DNA from: Macrostomum lignano | Lineage: Eukaryota | Direction: 5' to 3' | Assembly (NCBI GenBank): GCA_002269645.1 | Contig: NIVC01002427.1 | Span: 62,001 to 126,000, forward strand | Length of the DNA: 64,000 nucleotides | In this document: one piece after another, positions 62,031 through 64,000 of the stretch | How the letters are laid out: the number at the start of each line of letters is the position of its first letter | How positions within the stretch are numbered: position 1 is the first letter of the stretch | Made by a program: the position numbers and the translations under genes | The notes under the pieces: model-generated | Seen by the model: only the letters and a program-made list of their open reading frames with translations | Database searches by the model: none | Told to the model about the DNA's origin: nothing

Positions 62031-62920
62031 TAATGAAAGTGTCATTTAAAAAATTAAGAAGCATCATGGTAGAATAAAAGAAGCGTCATGTCAGACATGA
62101 AGGGTGTCATGTAAAAATTAAATGCAGCTATAATGCTGTGCTGGGAGAAAAACTGAGACGTAAAGGCTCTCAGAGAATAACTGAGATTACGGGGGGGGGG
62201 TTCTGAGATGTCAAAGCAAAAGTCAGAAGCTACTTCAAAGTTCATGTACTTTACTCAATTTTTTTATTGCATTCTTTGTTGGCTCGCCACAGGGGGCGCT
62301 GATAGAAGAAGAGTCATGTAAAAAATAAAAGTAGCACTATGTATACATAAAAGAAAAGTCATGTCGGAGTTAAAAGATTCATCTGGGAATTGCTACGATG
62401 TCAAAGCTTGGTGGAAATCGTTATAGTGCTGTGATTCTTACAGAAGGAATCACTAAAATGTCAAGGCTTAGGGGAGAAGAATTGCTGAGATTTCAAGGCT
62501 TTAGGTTGGGTTAAAGTTAGGTTTAGGTCAGGTTTGGGTTGAGGGTTATATTTTATCGGGTTTCAAGGTTAACAGGGGATTTTTTAGATTTCAAGGTTTA
62601 TGGGGGCCATCGCTGACATGTCAAGGCTTACGGGGGAATAGCTGAGATGTCAAGGCTCACGGGGGTATAAATGAGATTTCAAGGCTAAAGTCAGAAGCTA
62701 CATGTAGTTTATTGAAAACTTTTTATTACATTATTTGATGCCTCCTCAGGGGAGGGATCGCTGATAAAAAAAGCGTAATGTAAAAAATAAAAGAAGCTTC
62801 ATGTCGAAGTTAAGAGATTCATTTGGGAATCCCTACGATGTCGAGGCTTGCAGGGAATCGCTATAATGCTGTAGTAGTGCTGTTATGACTCTTAGAGAGA
62901 ATTACTGGAATTTCAATGCT

Positions 62921-62982
62921 TTAGGGTTAGGTTAGGGTTAGGGTTAGGGTTAGGGTTAGGGTTAGGCTAGGGTTAGGGTTAG
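62921..62982 (+). repeat. Interstitial telomere-type (TTAGGG)n tract inside the Helitron
   Basis: About 10 units; degenerate tracts also occur at about 62503-62547, 63244-63265 and 63409-63442. Confidence 0.95.
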
Positions 62983-63869
62983 AAGGTTGACAGATTTTTT
63001 TTAGATTTCAAGGCTTATTGGGGGCATCGCTAAGATGTCAAGGGGGGGAGTTGATTTGTTAAAGCTTGTGGGGGGGAATTACTGACATTTTAAGGCTTAC
63101 AAGGGACTTCTGAGGTATATTGCAAAGAGATGCTACATGTAGTTTATTACAAAACTTGTACTGCATTTTTGGCTCCCTAACGCTAAGATACTAAGCTAAA
63201 AAACACTACTAGCGCTTCAAAAACTTATGCAGATGTCAGGCTGTAGGGTTAGTGTTAGGGTTGGTTAGCTCATGTTGCTTATTAAAAATGTTTATCATGG
63301 AAGCATCATGCAAAAATAATGGAAGCGTCATGCAAAAACAATGGATGTGTCATGCCAAAAATCATAGAAGCATCGATCATGCAAAAACTCATGGACAAAA
63401 TATTGAATTTAGGGTTTTGGTTAGGGTTAGGGTTTGGGTTAGAAGTTTGACAGAAGATTTTTTAAGATTTCAAGGCTACATATGTAGCTTATTAAAAAAA
63501 CGTGTATTGCATTTCTTTGGCTCCCCAACGGGGGGCGTAGATTGCTAGTATACTCTATATTATAAACACAAAAACTGCTCAAACACATTTAGAAATAATT
63601 GAAATTGATAATATGATAACTAATGAAATGCTTAGCTAACAAGGCAAAAGCATAATATACCACTATAGCAATAAATGAGAGAAGCTTCAAACTACTATAT
63701 TTATATTTATAGTAATAAAATAGTTGTTTTATATAGATAACTATAGCTATCACAGACACTTATTTTACTATAATTGTAATATTCCATATTGCTACTAGTC
63801 ATAATTGAGATAGAACACAAATATTTTTTTTATTTTTTAAGCTATTTAATTTTTCAACATTACAACAAC

Positions 63870-64000
63870 CCCCTCTCCTCCCCTAAGCCTTGACATCTTA
63901 GTGATGCCCCCTAGCTCTTACCCTAACCCTAAAGCCTTGATATCTTAGCAATTCTTCCCCCATAAGCCTTGACATTTCAATAATTCTCCCTAAAATTTAG
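63870..64000 (-). mobile_element. Fragment of the same Helitron-associated repeat family in opposite orientation, running off the window
   Basis: TAAGCCTTGACATC repeats and CCCTAACCCTAA are reverse complements of the GATGTCAAGGCTTA and TTAGGG motifs in 62200-63480. Confidence 0.6.

Larger units (their letters stand above)
60685..63548 (+). mobile_element. Non-autonomous Helitron (2864 bp)
   Basis: The 5' end is A|TCCTATATACTAAAA. The 3' end has a GC hairpin (CCCC-AAC-GGGG) about 10 nt before CTAG|T. There is no TSD. The joined flanks (CTAATAA+TATACTCTATATT) match the uninterrupted paralogous site CTAACAAAATACTCTATATT at about 58192-58211. Confidence 0.88.

Noticed and set aside
62921-62982. 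True chromosome end or telomere
   Set aside because: The tract is only about 10 units, is internal to a Helitron, and has ordinary sequence on both sides.

Overview
This is eukaryotic (metazoan) genomic DNA with GC-rich exons and AT-rich or satellite-filled introns. The style (intronic simple repeats, TTAGGG tracts, a CTL-PAN gene) suggests a free-living flatworm such as Macrostomum, but that is inference only. From left to right the window holds: (1) a cluster of decayed non-LTR retrotransposons (two RTE-like RT copies on +, one RNase-H-bearing LINE on -); (2) a minus-strand CLAMP-family gene resembling C8orf74; (3) head-to-head with it, a 36-kb plus-strand RP1/RP1L1-like gene that I assembled by hand into 28 phase-consistent GT-AG exons (8823 nt, 2940 aa: 2 doublecortin domains, 2 PLAT, 2 beta-trefoil-like domains, then about 12-13 more PLAT); (4) a defective mariner filled by a 21-bp array; (5) an intronless secreted C-type lectin + PAN gene; (6) a nested TIR/foldback + Helitron complex. 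The best leads are: the RP1-C8orf74 divergent pair, which mirrors the human RP1L1-C8orf74 arrangement; intronic satellites whose units are the adjacent splice signals; a symmetric phase-1 micro-exon cassette; a Helitron with its empty site in the same window plus a head-to-tail junction; and a CORE-type SINE. Most long ORFs in the supplied track are repeat read-throughs. All assignments were made by eye, with no database search.
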